Source: an uncultured delta proteobacterium
Lineage (GTDB): Bacteria; Desulfobacterota; Desulfuromonadia; Desulfuromonadales; BM103
Length of the DNA: 64,000 nt
Direction: 5' to 3'
Assembly (NCBI GenBank): GCA_963715335.1
Contig: CAVQRZ010000014.1
Span: 64,001 to 128,000, forward strand
Made by a program: the position numbers and the translations under genes. The notes below the pieces were generated by a model. The model had not been told where the DNA came from. It did no database searches and worked only from the letters and a program-made list of their open reading frames with translations. Of this stretch, positions 9,669 through 19,348 are shown one piece after another. The number at the start of each line of letters is the position of its first letter. Position 1 is the stretch's first letter.

Positions 9669-10375
9669 GCTTGCTCCGACAGACTGTCGATGAAGCTGCC
9701 GATTGCCCTGGCACCCTCTTCAGGCCGGGCCAACAGGACAATGTGCGGACCGGGAATCTGCAACAGCTGCATTTGTGGCAGGTGTCTCTGGAGCCTGCCC
9801 GCAGCACGTTCAGGGACCAGGCGGTCGTGACCGGCCTGGAGGTACAGGCACGGCCCGCTAAAGCCCGCTTCTGGCGGGGGTGGCAGTTCGGCGAGAATTT
9901 TCAGCCGCTGTGAGAGGACGGGCAGCCTGACGCTCGCCAGGGCTTTTTGAAAAAGTGCGACGGCCTCGCGATCCGCAGAACCAAGGCAGAACAAGCGACA
10001 GGGCAGATTCGTGGCGAACAGTTTCAGGAGCAGGCCCTGGGGCAGGAGGCGGGCCACATCGAGCAGAAAAGGCTTCGGGTAGCGTTCAAAGGTCGCGACA
10101 AAAATCACCCCGGCCAGGTTTGCCGGGGGGGTAGCGAGCAGCTGCAGACCGATCGGACCGGAAAAGGACTCCGCGAGCATGACAAAGGGTTTATCGCCCG
10201 GCAGCCGGGCCCTGGCAAAAGCGATATGTTCCTGGAAGGACATGGGCTTGTCACCGGGGTAGCGTACGATTACCGGGTCAATGGTTCCGGGGAGATGTTT
10301 TAGGAGCGGCTCGAAGACCAGGCCGGTGCCGTCGAGTCCGGGAAGCAAGATCAAGGTTGTTTTTTGAGAGGTCAT
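9656..10375 (-). CDS. Alpha/beta hydrolase
   Basis: LPGLDGTG, AESFSG nucleophile elbow, DRLV and GPH. Confidence 0.85.
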   Translation of the reverse strand: MTSQKTTLILLPGLDGTGLVFEPLLKHLPGTIDPVIVRYPGDKPMSFQEHIAFARARLPGDKPFVMLAESFSGPIGLQLLATPPANLAGVIFVATFERYPKPFLLDVARLLPQGLLLKLFATNLPCRLFCLGSADREAVALFQKALASVRLPVLSQRLKILAELPPPPEAGFSGPCLYLQAGHDRLVPERAAGRLQRHLPQMQLLQIPGPHIVLLARPEEGARAIGSFIDSLSEQACTN

Positions 10376-10408
10376 AGATGTTTATCTTTCCAAAAAACAA
10401 AAATTTGA

Positions 10409-10446
10409 AACGCAAAGGCGCAAAGGTGTGATTCAAGATGCAAAGA
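10409..10446. repeat. Short dispersed repeat AACGCAAAGGCGCAAAGGT (second copy 15631-15649)
   Basis: 19-bp exact match in two intergenic regions. Confidence 0.7.
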
Positions 10447-10515
10447 AAAAGTTTTTCAAAAAGGAGTTAAAAAAACTTTCAACTGACATAGCCCAATTCA
10501 ACGGTTCAGCCGCTC

Positions 10516-11019
10516 TTATTTGCTCTTCCGTCGATAAAGGTCGGTTTTCAGACTCGATACCCGATCAAGGAACAGCAATCCGTCGAGGTGGTCCATTTCG
10601 TGCTGGATGGCAACCGCTTCAAAGCCGCTCGCCTCGATGACGCGAAGCTGGCCTTTACGGTTGGTAAATTCGACGACAATCTGCTCGGCCCTGGTGACAT
10701 TGCCGGTGTAGTCAGGCACGCTCATGCAGCCTTCGCGCATCGTCTTGCTCCCGGACCGCTCGATGATCTCCGGATTGACCATTTCGAGCAGGCCGTGGTT
10801 GTTGTCCCGGCCGAGCTTGCTTTTGGAAACATCGACTACCACAACGCGTAGCAGCACGCCGATCTGCGGCGCGGCTACGCCCACCGAATGACCGGCATCG
10901 AGCATGGTGTCGACCAGGTCCTGGACGACCTCGACCAGGCTCTCGTCGATCTGCTCAACCGGTTCGGCTACCTGCTTGAGAATCGGATCAGGATAAACCC
11001 GGATGGGACGTACGGCCAT
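10516..11019 (-). CDS. def: Peptide deformylase
   Basis: GVAAPQIG, EGCMS and QHEMDHLDG motifs. Confidence 0.95.
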   Translation of the reverse strand: MAVRPIRVYPDPILKQVAEPVEQIDESLVEVVQDLVDTMLDAGHSVGVAAPQIGVLLRVVVVDVSKSKLGRDNNHGLLEMVNPEIIERSGSKTMREGCMSVPDYTGNVTRAEQIVVEFTNRKGQLRVIEASGFEAVAIQHEMDHLDGLLFLDRVSSLKTDLYRRKSK

Positions 11020-11021
11020 GC

Positions 11022-11561
11022 TCAGAGTTCCACGGTCGGGATGCTGCGCACGTTGATGTCGACCTGCATCTCGTCGCGGATCGGTGCCAGCCAGTTGTCG
11101 ACATCCTCCTCATCAACCCCTTCGGGGAGAGCCGCCTCGATGACCATCACGTAAACGGGCCGCTCCTCGGTGCCGACCAGCTTGGTGTTCAGGTCGGTGA
11201 TGTTGACTTTTTTTTCGCCAAGCACATTGGCGACGCGGTAAACGATCCCCGGTTTGTCGGAGCCGTAGACGGAGATCATGCAGATGTCGCCTTCGATGTG
11301 TGAGCGAATCTCGCCGCCCGGCTTGAGAACTCGCAAGGCAACTGACAGATCAGAATCTTCCAGGGGCTTGAAGGCGTCACCAAAGCTCGCCCGGTCGGTG
11401 AATTCCGGATGGCCGAGAATCAGGATCATGGCGAACTGGCCACCGAGAATCGAGCAGCTCGAATCCGCAAGATTGCAGCCCTGCTTGAAAAGAATCTCGG
11501 TCACCTGGGAGACGATCCCGGGGCGGTCACGGCCAACGATAGTCAGGGCGAAATGGTTCAT
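11022..11561 (-). CDS. Double ACT-domain protein (GcvR-like)
   Basis: Two ACT repeats, GRDRPGIV and GSDKPGIV; ATG 11561 follows a GGAG SD. Confidence 0.85.
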   Translation of the reverse strand: MNHFALTIVGRDRPGIVSQVTEILFKQGCNLADSSCSILGGQFAMILILGHPEFTDRASFGDAFKPLEDSDLSVALRVLKPGGEIRSHIEGDICMISVYGSDKPGIVYRVANVLGEKKVNITDLNTKLVGTEERPVYVMVIEAALPEGVDEEDVDNWLAPIRDEMQVDINVRSIPTVEL

Positions 11562-11717
11562 GGCGGACTCCCTCTTTGACACAATGGTTGAATAATTCTA
11601 TCTTTCTAGCATACATCTGCCAATAAACTCTACTTTTTGGTTCGAGGGTCAAGACTCGTGGTACCGGTTTTGATTGACCACGCACCGCACACGACTTACC
11701 AGGCAACGGTTTAAAAT

Positions 11718-12038
11718 ATGTTGAATCCAAAGGATTTGAAAATTGATTACTACCGGGGCTCCGGACCCGGCGGCCAGCATCGCAACACCAGTGAAACCGG
11801 GGTGCGCATCACCCATCTGCCCACGGGAATCGTCGCGACGGCCACCGAATCGCGTTCCCGTCATATGAACCTGCAGCGTGCCACTGCGCGCCTCGAAGAG
11901 AGGCTTGCTGTCCGCCTGAAAAAGCGGCGCCCCAGGATCAAGACCCGCCCCGGCAAGGCCGTCATTGCCAGGCGCCTGGATGCCAAGCGCAAGCAGGGGG
12001 AGAAGAAGCGTGATCGCCAGAGGACTGAAGATTGTTGA
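11718..12038 (+). CDS. ArfB-like peptidyl-tRNA hydrolase (stand-alone RF-1 GGQ domain)
   Basis: [18 protein letters not shown] and a basic C-terminal tail. Confidence 0.85.
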   Translation: MLNPKDLKIDYYRGSGPGGQHRNTSETGVRITHLPTGIVATATESRSRHMNLQRATARLEERLAVRLKKRRPRIKTRPGKAVIARRLDAKRKQGEKKRDRQRTEDC

Positions 12039-12102
12039 CAAACCCCGCACGTGATGCTGGGTTTGCTTTTTTCCCCTGGCAAGGGGAGTTTCTGTGAAGC
12101 CT

Positions 12103-12640
12103 AGGGCAACAGATGGTTCATCTGTTGCCCTTTACTATTGCCTTTGCAATTCAAAGATAAAATCAAAAAGCAAAATCCGGGGGTCGCGCCCCCCGACTGC
12201 GCCTTACTCTTTTGCTGGCCCAAAAGAGTAAGCAGAAAAGGGCCTGCGCTGCGCTGGGCATGTCTGGCTCGAAAAGGCGGCAACCTCAATCCGGATTGTT
12301 CTTAACGATCAAGGGCCTAGCTTCCCCCGCAGGAGCCGAGGCTCTTGAGAGCCTCTCCTTTTGTGGAGGCTTGCGTCGGTAAAGGTTGTCTTGGCTTTTC
12401 CCTGGTAAATCACACGGCAAGGTCAGGCCCTTTGACACAGGGCCGGATCCCCATCAGTAAAGGTTTTTGAAGTCACAGACATCCGGCAGAGGAGATGCCC
12501 TCCGCAAGGAGAAGGCACTTTTGCATACTTTTGTTGCCGGACAAAAGTATGGCGTCGGGCGGGACGCGACCCGCCGGTTTTGCTTTTCAGCATTTCAAGA
12601 AAAGAAAAGAGTGCAACAGATTAACCATCTGTTGCACTCT
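12103..12640. repeat. Structured dispersed element, copy B (core 12177-12582 plus an inverted pair of REP-like hairpins)
   Basis: Near-identical to 3248-3654; hairpins at 12103-12131 and 12608-12640. Confidence 0.9.
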
Positions 12641-12712
12641 CTATCATGAAATCCGCTGAATCTTGCCAGCAGCCTGAAGCGCCCCACAGTGGGCGTTTCA
12701 GGCTGCCGATGG

Positions 12713-13070
12713 TTAATTTTTGCACAGCTTCTCAATGATAATCCTGATCGCCAGGCCGGCAGCCATGGTACGCAGAACGCACCCTCCGGCCCCTTTATGC
12801 CCGCCACCACCGTAATTGCGGCAGAGTTAGCCGACATCGACCGTGCAGGAGTCGTCGAAGATGCTGTGGCCGATGTTCAGGGCGACGAATTTCTTGCCCG
12901 GACCCCACTGGATGCGCAATGAGACGTTGCAATGCGGAAAGCTGGTGTACACCATGAAGCGATTGCCGACGAGCGGCTTGCCCAGGTCACGGAAGTCGGT
13001 GACGACCACCTTATCGTAAACTTTTGAGTGGACCAGCAGAAGCTCGCGGGATATCGCTTCGGCAAGGTGA
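12713..13070 (-). pseudogene. 3' fragment of a second DHH-family gene with an in-frame TAA at 12827-12829
   Basis: VVVTDFR..NRFMVY..FP..IGHSIF..TVDVG*LCRNYGGGGHK aligns with the C-terminal third of 2241-3152; 5' part missing. Confidence 0.85.
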
Positions 13071-13079
13071 CAGGACGAA

Positions 13080-13979
13080 TCAGTACATCAGGCGTAGTAA
13101 AAGCCCGTTGAGGAGAATGATACCCAACACCAGGCCGAGATAGAGATGCAGTCCGATACGGAGTTTTTGCGCGGTTTTTTCGATGAACAGGGTCTTGCGC
13201 TGGACCCGGGTGGTCCAGATTGCGAACGTGATCGCCAATCCGGCAACCAGGCTCTGCAGCAATGGCAGCTGCACCAGCTTGAATGGTGGGAGCAGCAGGG
13301 TGGCGGTGATCATGCCGAGAATCCAGAAGTGGCTGACACCCAACAACTGGTGCCCCGACATCCTGGCCGGCAGGACCTTGAAGCCGGCGCGCACGAGTTC
13401 CTCACGGTCGGGGATGGCCAGCAGCCAGTAGTGAGGGACCTGCCAGAGGACCATCAGCAGGACCAGCGAGAGTGGCCGGGGGTCGAGCGGATCGCCCCCT
13501 GCAGCAATCCAGCCGATCAGGGGCGGCAGAGCGCCACAGGGGGTGCCGGCAATCACGGCCAGGGAAGATATCCGCTTCAACGGGGTATAGACCGCCAGAT
13601 ACCAGACGGTTGCACCCAGGCCAAGCAGGGTGGCCGCGCTGCCAGAGGTGGCAAGTAGGACGCAGAGCCCGCCGCTGGCCAAAAGCAGCCCCACCGTCGT
13701 GCCGGCTCCCGGTGCCAGGTCACCGCAAGCGAGCGGCCGGTGGCAGGTGCGGCGCATCAGGGTGTCGGTGAAACGCTCCTGAACCTGGTTGAGGACCGAG
13801 CAGGAAGCGCTCAGCAGAAATATCCCCCAGACAACCCCCCAAAGCTTCAGCAAGGGCAGGTAAGGGCTGGCTGCCAGCGCCCCGGCCAGCGCCGAGAGGG
13901 CGACCATTGCCGAGAGCGGCAAGCGGATCAGGCGACTCAGGGCCGTCAGGTTGGTCATAGTCACGGATTGACTTTGCAT
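13080..13979 (-). CDS. ctaB: Protoheme IX farnesyltransferase (heme o synthase)
   Basis: NQVQE..D.LMRRT..RPL, YTPLKR, GALPPLIGW and WQVPHYW. Confidence 0.9.
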   Translation of the reverse strand: MQSQSVTMTNLTALSRLIRLPLSAMVALSALAGALAASPYLPLLKLWGVVWGIFLLSASCSVLNQVQERFTDTLMRRTCHRPLACGDLAPGAGTTVGLLLASGGLCVLLATSGSAATLLGLGATVWYLAVYTPLKRISSLAVIAGTPCGALPPLIGWIAAGGDPLDPRPLSLVLLMVLWQVPHYWLLAIPDREELVRAGFKVLPARMSGHQLLGVSHFWILGMITATLLLPPFKLVQLPLLQSLVAGLAITFAIWTTRVQRKTLFIEKTAQKLRIGLHLYLGLVLGIILLNGLLLRLMY

Positions 13980-13980
13980 G

Positions 13981-15311
13981 TTACTTCAACGTTTCCATCC
14001 AGCTTTGCATTGCCTTGATATCGTCATCACTCAAACCCGGGTAGGGCGGCATTGCCGCCGGGTAGCCTTCGGAAATTTCCGCACCCGGCTCCCGGATAGC
14101 CCGAATCAGGTAGTCCGTATCTGCCTGGACCTTGACGGATTGGCCATCTTTGGTGACGGTGCGTTCACTGCCGAACAGGCCTTTGAGGCTCGGACCGACT
14201 TTGCGTGTGCCGTCGGTGCTGTGGCAGCCGAGGCAGCCATTCTGACTGGCCAGAGCCTTGCCGCGTTCGACGGGGTCAGCTGGTGCAGCAGGTGCGAAGG
14301 GTTCTCTACCTTTTTGTCAGCCTCTGCTTTTGCAGGTTCCGATTCTGGAGTCGGTTGAGCGGCCGGCTTTTCCTCTGTTGCAGGCTCAGCCGTGGCCTCG
14401 CCGCCTTTTGATTCCATCAGGTAATCCAGGATCCCGGTCATGTCTTCTTCCGGAATGCGGCCGGCATAAGGGGGCATGGCCGGCGGGAAGCCTTCGACGA
14501 TATCGGCATTCGGCTCAAGTATGGATTTCTCCAGATAAGCACGATCGGTTGTCAGGGTCTGTTTTGAGCCGCCGGTTACAACCTTTACCTGGCGGCCGCC
14601 GATTCCCTGGAAGGTCGGGCCGACCGAAGGTGAGCCATCGACGGAGTGGCAGCCGAGGCAGCCGTGTTTCTGCAGCAGGGCCTTGCCCGCTTCCGCCGCG
14701 ACCGGTTTATCTTCGAGCCAGGCGGCAAACTCGGACGCCGGGATCGCTTCCACGGTGGTGATCATAGCAGAGTGGGCGACACCGCAATACTCGGCGCAGA
14801 ACAGGTCGTAGCTGCCCGGCTCCTCGGCAACAAACCAGGCATAGGTTTCCATCCCCGGAACAGTGTCACGTTTGACACGAAACGCCGGCACGTAGAAGGC
14901 GTGCAACACATCCACTGAGTTAAGCCTGACGTTAACCGGTTGCCCAACCGGCACATAGAGTTTGTCCGAAGTCTTGCCGTTTTCATAGGTGAAGAGCCAC
15001 GACCACATACGCGCTGTCCCCTGGACCGGAATGGCGTTGTCGGGAACCCGCCGCAACGAGAGATAGCCTTCCCATCCATACCAGAACATCACCAGGACCA
15101 GGATCGAAGGGATGATCGTCCAGGTGACCTCCAGCCAGACATTGTGGTCTTTCTGGCTGAGCGGTGTCGGGTAGCGTTTGCGGCTGTAACGCCAGGCAAG
15201 GTAAACCATGGCGACCGTGATACCGAGCAAGGCCACGCCGCTGATGCCAAAGATGACGTAGAAGGCCGTGTCGACAGCCTCGGTGGTGGTGATCAAAGGT
15301 TGTGGATTCAC
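13981..15311 (-). CDS. coxB: Cytochrome c oxidase subunit II with two C-terminal heme c domains (apparent frameshift at ~14290-14316)
   Basis: DVLHAF and CAEYCGVAHSAM CuA site, CLGCH; second CLGCH domain in the shifted frame ending at TAA 13981. Confidence 0.88.
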
Positions 15312-15319
15312 GTCAACTC

Positions 15320-15604
15320 CTACCGGTAAAGGACATCAAAGAAGGTCAGGCCGATAAAGATCGCCAAAATCGTCAGCGCTGCAAGCAGCGAGATCTTGAA
15401 CAGCCGATTCTCGTATTTCATGTGCATGAAGACCGCGACCACCAGTGACGATTTGACGGTGGCGATGCCGAGGGCCACCCAGATGTTCAGGGGGCCGAGG
15501 TTGTACTGGGCAACCCACACGGTGATGCCGGTCAGAAACAAAAGTGCAATCCAGACGATCATGAAGGTCTTGTACGGGACGATATGTGCGTGCTCTTCGG
15601 ACAT
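15320..15604 (-). CDS. coxD: Cytochrome c oxidase subunit IV
   Basis: Three TM helices, IATVKSSLV..FMHMKYE; operon position. Confidence 0.88.
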   Translation of the reverse strand: MSEEHAHIVPYKTFMIVWIALLFLTGITVWVAQYNLGPLNIWVALGIATVKSSLVVAVFMHMKYENRLFKISLLAALTILAIFIGLTFFDVLYR

Positions 15605-15627
15605 AACTACCTCGTTTGAAAACTATT

Positions 15628-15796
15628 TTTAACGCAAAGGCGCAAAGGTTGAAGACCAGGACGCTAAGAGAACAAATTTATAGTTTTTAAAATCAAAGCC
15701 AACTTTCTTTATTCTTTGTCTATACCCTTTTGCGTCTTGAGTGAGCGCAGCGAACGGGCGTTGAAAGAATTTGTTTTTCGCGTCCCTCGTCCCCTC
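15628..15796. repeat. Short-repeat cassette inside the cox operon
   Basis: CGCAAAGG arm, AT-rich spacer, complementary CCTTTTGCGTC arm, then TTTTCGCGTCCCTCGTCCC. Confidence 0.6.
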
Positions 15797-15798
15797 TT

Positions 15799-16404
15799 TT
15801 AATGCAAAATCAAATAGTACAACGGGAAAATGAAAATCCAGATCAGGTCGACCAGGTGCCAGTAGAGACCGGCATTTTCGAGGATCACAAAATCGTCAGC
15901 GTTGACCCGGTCTTTTTTGATCAGGACCATGCTCCAGGCCAGGACCAGCGCACCGATCACCACGTGGATGCCGTGCAGGCCGGTGGTCAGGTAGTAGATG
16001 TTGAAAAAAACCGTCTCGCCGGGTTGCAGCTCTTTCAGGTGAGCCGAGCCCGGGTAGATGCCGTGGTGAATCTTGGCGCTCCATTCGAAGTACTTGTTGA
16101 TCATGAAGATCGCTGCACAGACGACGGTGCCGGTGAGTAGTCCAAGGCAGAGTCGCTTGGCACCGCGGCGCAGGGCGGTGATCGAGATGGCAACAAACAG
16201 GCTGCTGGTCAGCAGCACCAGGGTGTTGCCGCCGCCGAACCAGACGTTGAGTTCCTTGCCGGCCGTGATGAATTCCTGCGGATAACGCGCCAGGTAAACC
16301 GAGTAAAGGATGAACAACCCGCCAAACAGCAGCACCTCGGTAAAGAGAAAGAGCCACATGCCGAACTTGGCGCCGGTATAGTCCTTGTGCACGTGCCCGC
16401 TCAT
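15799..16404 (-). CDS. coxC: Cytochrome c oxidase subunit III
   Basis: GMWLFLFTE, TGLHGIHV and YWHLVD. Confidence 0.92.
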   Translation of the reverse strand: MSGHVHKDYTGAKFGMWLFLFTEVLLFGGLFILYSVYLARYPQEFITAGKELNVWFGGGNTLVLLTSSLFVAISITALRRGAKRLCLGLLTGTVVCAAIFMINKYFEWSAKIHHGIYPGSAHLKELQPGETVFFNIYYLTTGLHGIHVVIGALVLAWSMVLIKKDRVNADDFVILENAGLYWHLVDLIWIFIFPLYYLILH

Positions 16405-18029
16405 AGTATGCCTGCCTTTTTGAAATCGTACGGGCCATGGGTTACGATCGGGTCCTCTTCACCGAAATTCTCCGTCGGTGGCGGCGAGGGTACCTGCCAC
16501 TCGAGGCTGGCACCACCCCAGGGATTGTTGCCGATCGGGTCTCCTTTGAAGATTCCACGAAAGATGTTGACAAACATCAGAATCAGGCCGACCGCCAGGA
16601 TCCATGAACCGACGGTCGAAAGTTGGTTCAGACCGGTAAACTCGGGGACGTAGTCGTAATAGCGGCGCGGCATCCCCTGCATCCCGACGATCTTCATTGA
16701 GATGTAGAGGACGAGGAACCCGACAAAGATGACTGCCCAGGCGACAGTGGCGATGGTTTTGTCGTACATGCGGCCGTAGATTTTCGGCAAGCCAATAGTG
16801 CATGGCGGCAAAGAAGGCCATGCCAGTGCCACCGAACATGACGAAATGGAAGTGGCCGACAACGAAGTAAGTGTCATGCACGTGTACATCTGCTGCTGCC
16901 GCACCAAGCACCAGTCCACTTAGTCCGCCAATAGTGAAGAGCAGGATAAACGACAGGGCATAGAGGAGCGGTGGATCGAGCAAGATTGAGCCTTCGTAAA
17001 GGGTCGCCAGCCAATTAAAGACCTTGATTGCCGATGGAATGGCGACAATGAAGGTCAAAAAGGAGAAGATCAAAACGGCCATGTCTGACATGCCGCTGGT
17101 GTACATATGGTGGGCCCATACCAGCGAACCGGCAAAGGCAATAGCTATACTCGAGACAACGATTGCCTTGTAGCCAAAGGCTGGCTTGCGAGAGAAGACC
17201 GGAACGATGTCGGAGACCACTCCCATGCCTGGCAGCACCATGATGTAGACTGCCGGGTGGGAGTAAATCCAGAACAGGTGCTGGAACATGATCGGATCGC
17301 CGCCCTGGGCCGGGTCAAAGAGGCCGGTGCCGAGGACCCGCTCGGCGAAGAGCATGGCAACGGTGATGCCGATGACCGGAGTGGCGAGAATCTGGATCCA
17401 TGCGGTGGCATAGAGCGACCAGGTAAAGAGCGGGATGCGCATCCAGGTCATGCCTTCGGTTTTCAGCCGATGAATGGTGGTCACAAAATTGAGTCCGGTG
17501 AGGATCGACGAGAAACCGAGGAAGAAAACCGCGACTGCTGCCATTGAAACGTTCGTACTGGTCTGGGCCGAGAAGGGCACGTAGAAAGTCCAACCGGTGT
17601 CGGGTGGGCCGCCACCGGTGAAGAGCGATCGACGGCAAGGGCTGCGCCAGAAACATAAAGATACCAGGAGAAGAGGTTAAGCTTCGGGAAAGAGACATCG
17701 CGAGCGCCGATCTGGATCGGCATGATCAGGTTGCCGAAGGCCGCCGGGATACCCGGGATGATAAACAGGAAAATCATGATCACGCCATGCAGAGTAAACG
17801 CGGCGTTGTAGGTTTGAGGACCCATGATCGTTTCGCCGGGAGCAAAGAGCTCAAGGCGGATTAGCAGGCCGAGTAGCACTCCGACACAGAAAAAGATGGT
17901 GACGGACCAGAAGTAAAGCAGGCCAATGCGTTTGTGGTCGGTGGAGAATATCCAGCCAAAAATCCCCGGGTAGTTGGCTTCTCCGAAAAAGCCGCGATCG
18001 TTGGTTGCCGAGGTCGTTACATCACTCAT
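16401..18029 (-). CDS. coxA: Cytochrome c oxidase subunit I, A2 type (apparent frameshifts at ~17630 and ~16790)
   Basis: [38 protein letters not shown] and GMPRRY spread over three overlapping ORFs. Confidence 0.9.
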
Positions 18030-19003
18030 AAATTCTTATCCTTTTTAGACTTTTTGCCGCCGAAGACCAGGTAGACTGCGAAAATGGCAAGGGTTGTCAG
18101 AATCGCTGTTGCCGAGACGCGCAAGATGTTGAAAACATAAGTCTTTTGCTCCGGGTCAAAGCTGAAACAGTATTGCACCATCTTGCGGATCGTGGTGCCG
18201 ACCTGCCCCGATTTGGCTTCATACAGGGCCAAAGTCAGGTCCTTCGGTACCACGTGGGTGCCGTGAAGGTAGCGCACGATCATGCCGTCTGAGGAGACAA
18301 CAAAAAATACGACGGGGTGCAGGAATTCAGTTCCGACCTTCTGGAAGCGGTAGCCGGCCGCATCTGTCAACTTGAGAATTGTGTCCATGTCACCGGTCAG
18401 GAAACGCCATGCCTGGTCCGGGTACTGGTTTTTCATCGCGGCATAGTAGGTGTCCCGGCTACGCTGGGCCAGCTCGGGTTGTTCCTTTGCATCGAAGCTG
18501 AACGAGATGACCTGGTAGTCAGCTCCGGCCTTGAGCTTGAGACCCGGCAAAACACGGGCCAGGTCGCCCTGCAGGAAATGGCAGACGTTGGGACAGCGGT
18601 AATAAACCGGGGCGATAATCGTCGGCATGGTGACCAGGTCGACCAACTTGACCGGCTTGCCCTGCTCATCGCGAAAGGTCAGGTCAAGGGGGATGCGGGT
18701 GCCGAGTTTTTCATCGAGACCAACCTTGGCTGTGCTGTCCTCGGTCTGGACCGGATGTACGTGCCCACCCGGTTCCACACTGGTCGCGGCATGATTTTTG
18801 TGCGTCATATCTGCCATGTCACCGCTTTTTTCGGTAGCGGCATGCTGGTCATGGGTCATTGCAGCCGGTTCGTCATGCTTATGTTGGGGCACGGCAGCAA
18901 ACGCAGGGATATTGAGCAGAAGGAGAAAGACAAACAGGCGGCAGGTGACAGATCGGCGGGTTCTTGTGTGCCACCATCTTCCAACGGTTCTTTGCATGCT
19001 CAT
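18026..19003 (-). CDS. SCO family copper chaperone with a His/Met-rich N-terminal region
   Basis: YYRCPNVC (CxxxC), WRFLTG and conserved His; start estimated, upstream extension of the listed ORF is antisense to real genes. Confidence 0.85.
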   Translation of the reverse strand: MSMQRTVGRWWHTRTRRSVTCRLFVFLLLLNIPAFAAVPQHKHDEPAAMTHDQHAATEKSGDMADMTHKNHAATSVEPGGHVHPVQTEDSTAKVGLDEKLGTRIPLDLTFRDEQGKPVKLVDLVTMPTIIAPVYYRCPNVCHFLQGDLARVLPGLKLKAGADYQVISFSFDAKEQPELAQRSRDTYYAAMKNQYPDQAWRFLTGDMDTILKLTDAAGYRFQKVGTEFLHPVVFFVVSSDGMIVRYLHGTHVVPKDLTLALYEAKSGQVGTTIRKMVQYCFSFDPEQKTYVFNILRVSATAILTTLAIFAVYLVFGGKKSKKDKNL

Positions 19004-19154
19004 AGGATCCTGTAAAGCTTGAGAACTGAGAAGTTGACGATCCCGGTAATAATAGCAACTTTGGGAAAATTTGCAATTTTTCTCATCCGTTGCGCGGATT
19101 GCGGAGATCAGGGTCTTCTGGTAGCATATGATGCCACAGGCCAAGGAGAAGAGC

Positions 19155-19346
19155 ATGGACCAATTGACTGAACGGATCGTTGAACTCGAGATTCGCTTTT
19201 CCCACCAGAACCACTTGGTTGAAGAGCTGAACGTGGAATTGACCGCATCGAACAACCGGATTAACCGGCTTGAGCGTGAGGTGGGCGCCTTGCGCGAAAT
19301 GCTTGGCGGCATGGGTCCGGAACTTACCCTGTCTCCCGATGAATAA
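19155..19346 (+). CDS. slyX: SlyX family protein
   Basis: RIVELEIRFSHQ..VEELN coiled coil; AGGAG SD before ATG 19155. Confidence 0.8.
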   Translation: MDQLTERIVELEIRFSHQNHLVEELNVELTASNNRINRLEREVGALREMLGGMGPELTLSPDE

Positions 19347-19348
19347 TC

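Noticed and set aside
12827..12829. In-frame stop as Sec or Pyl recoding
   Set aside because: The codon is TAA and the gene lacks its 5' two-thirds
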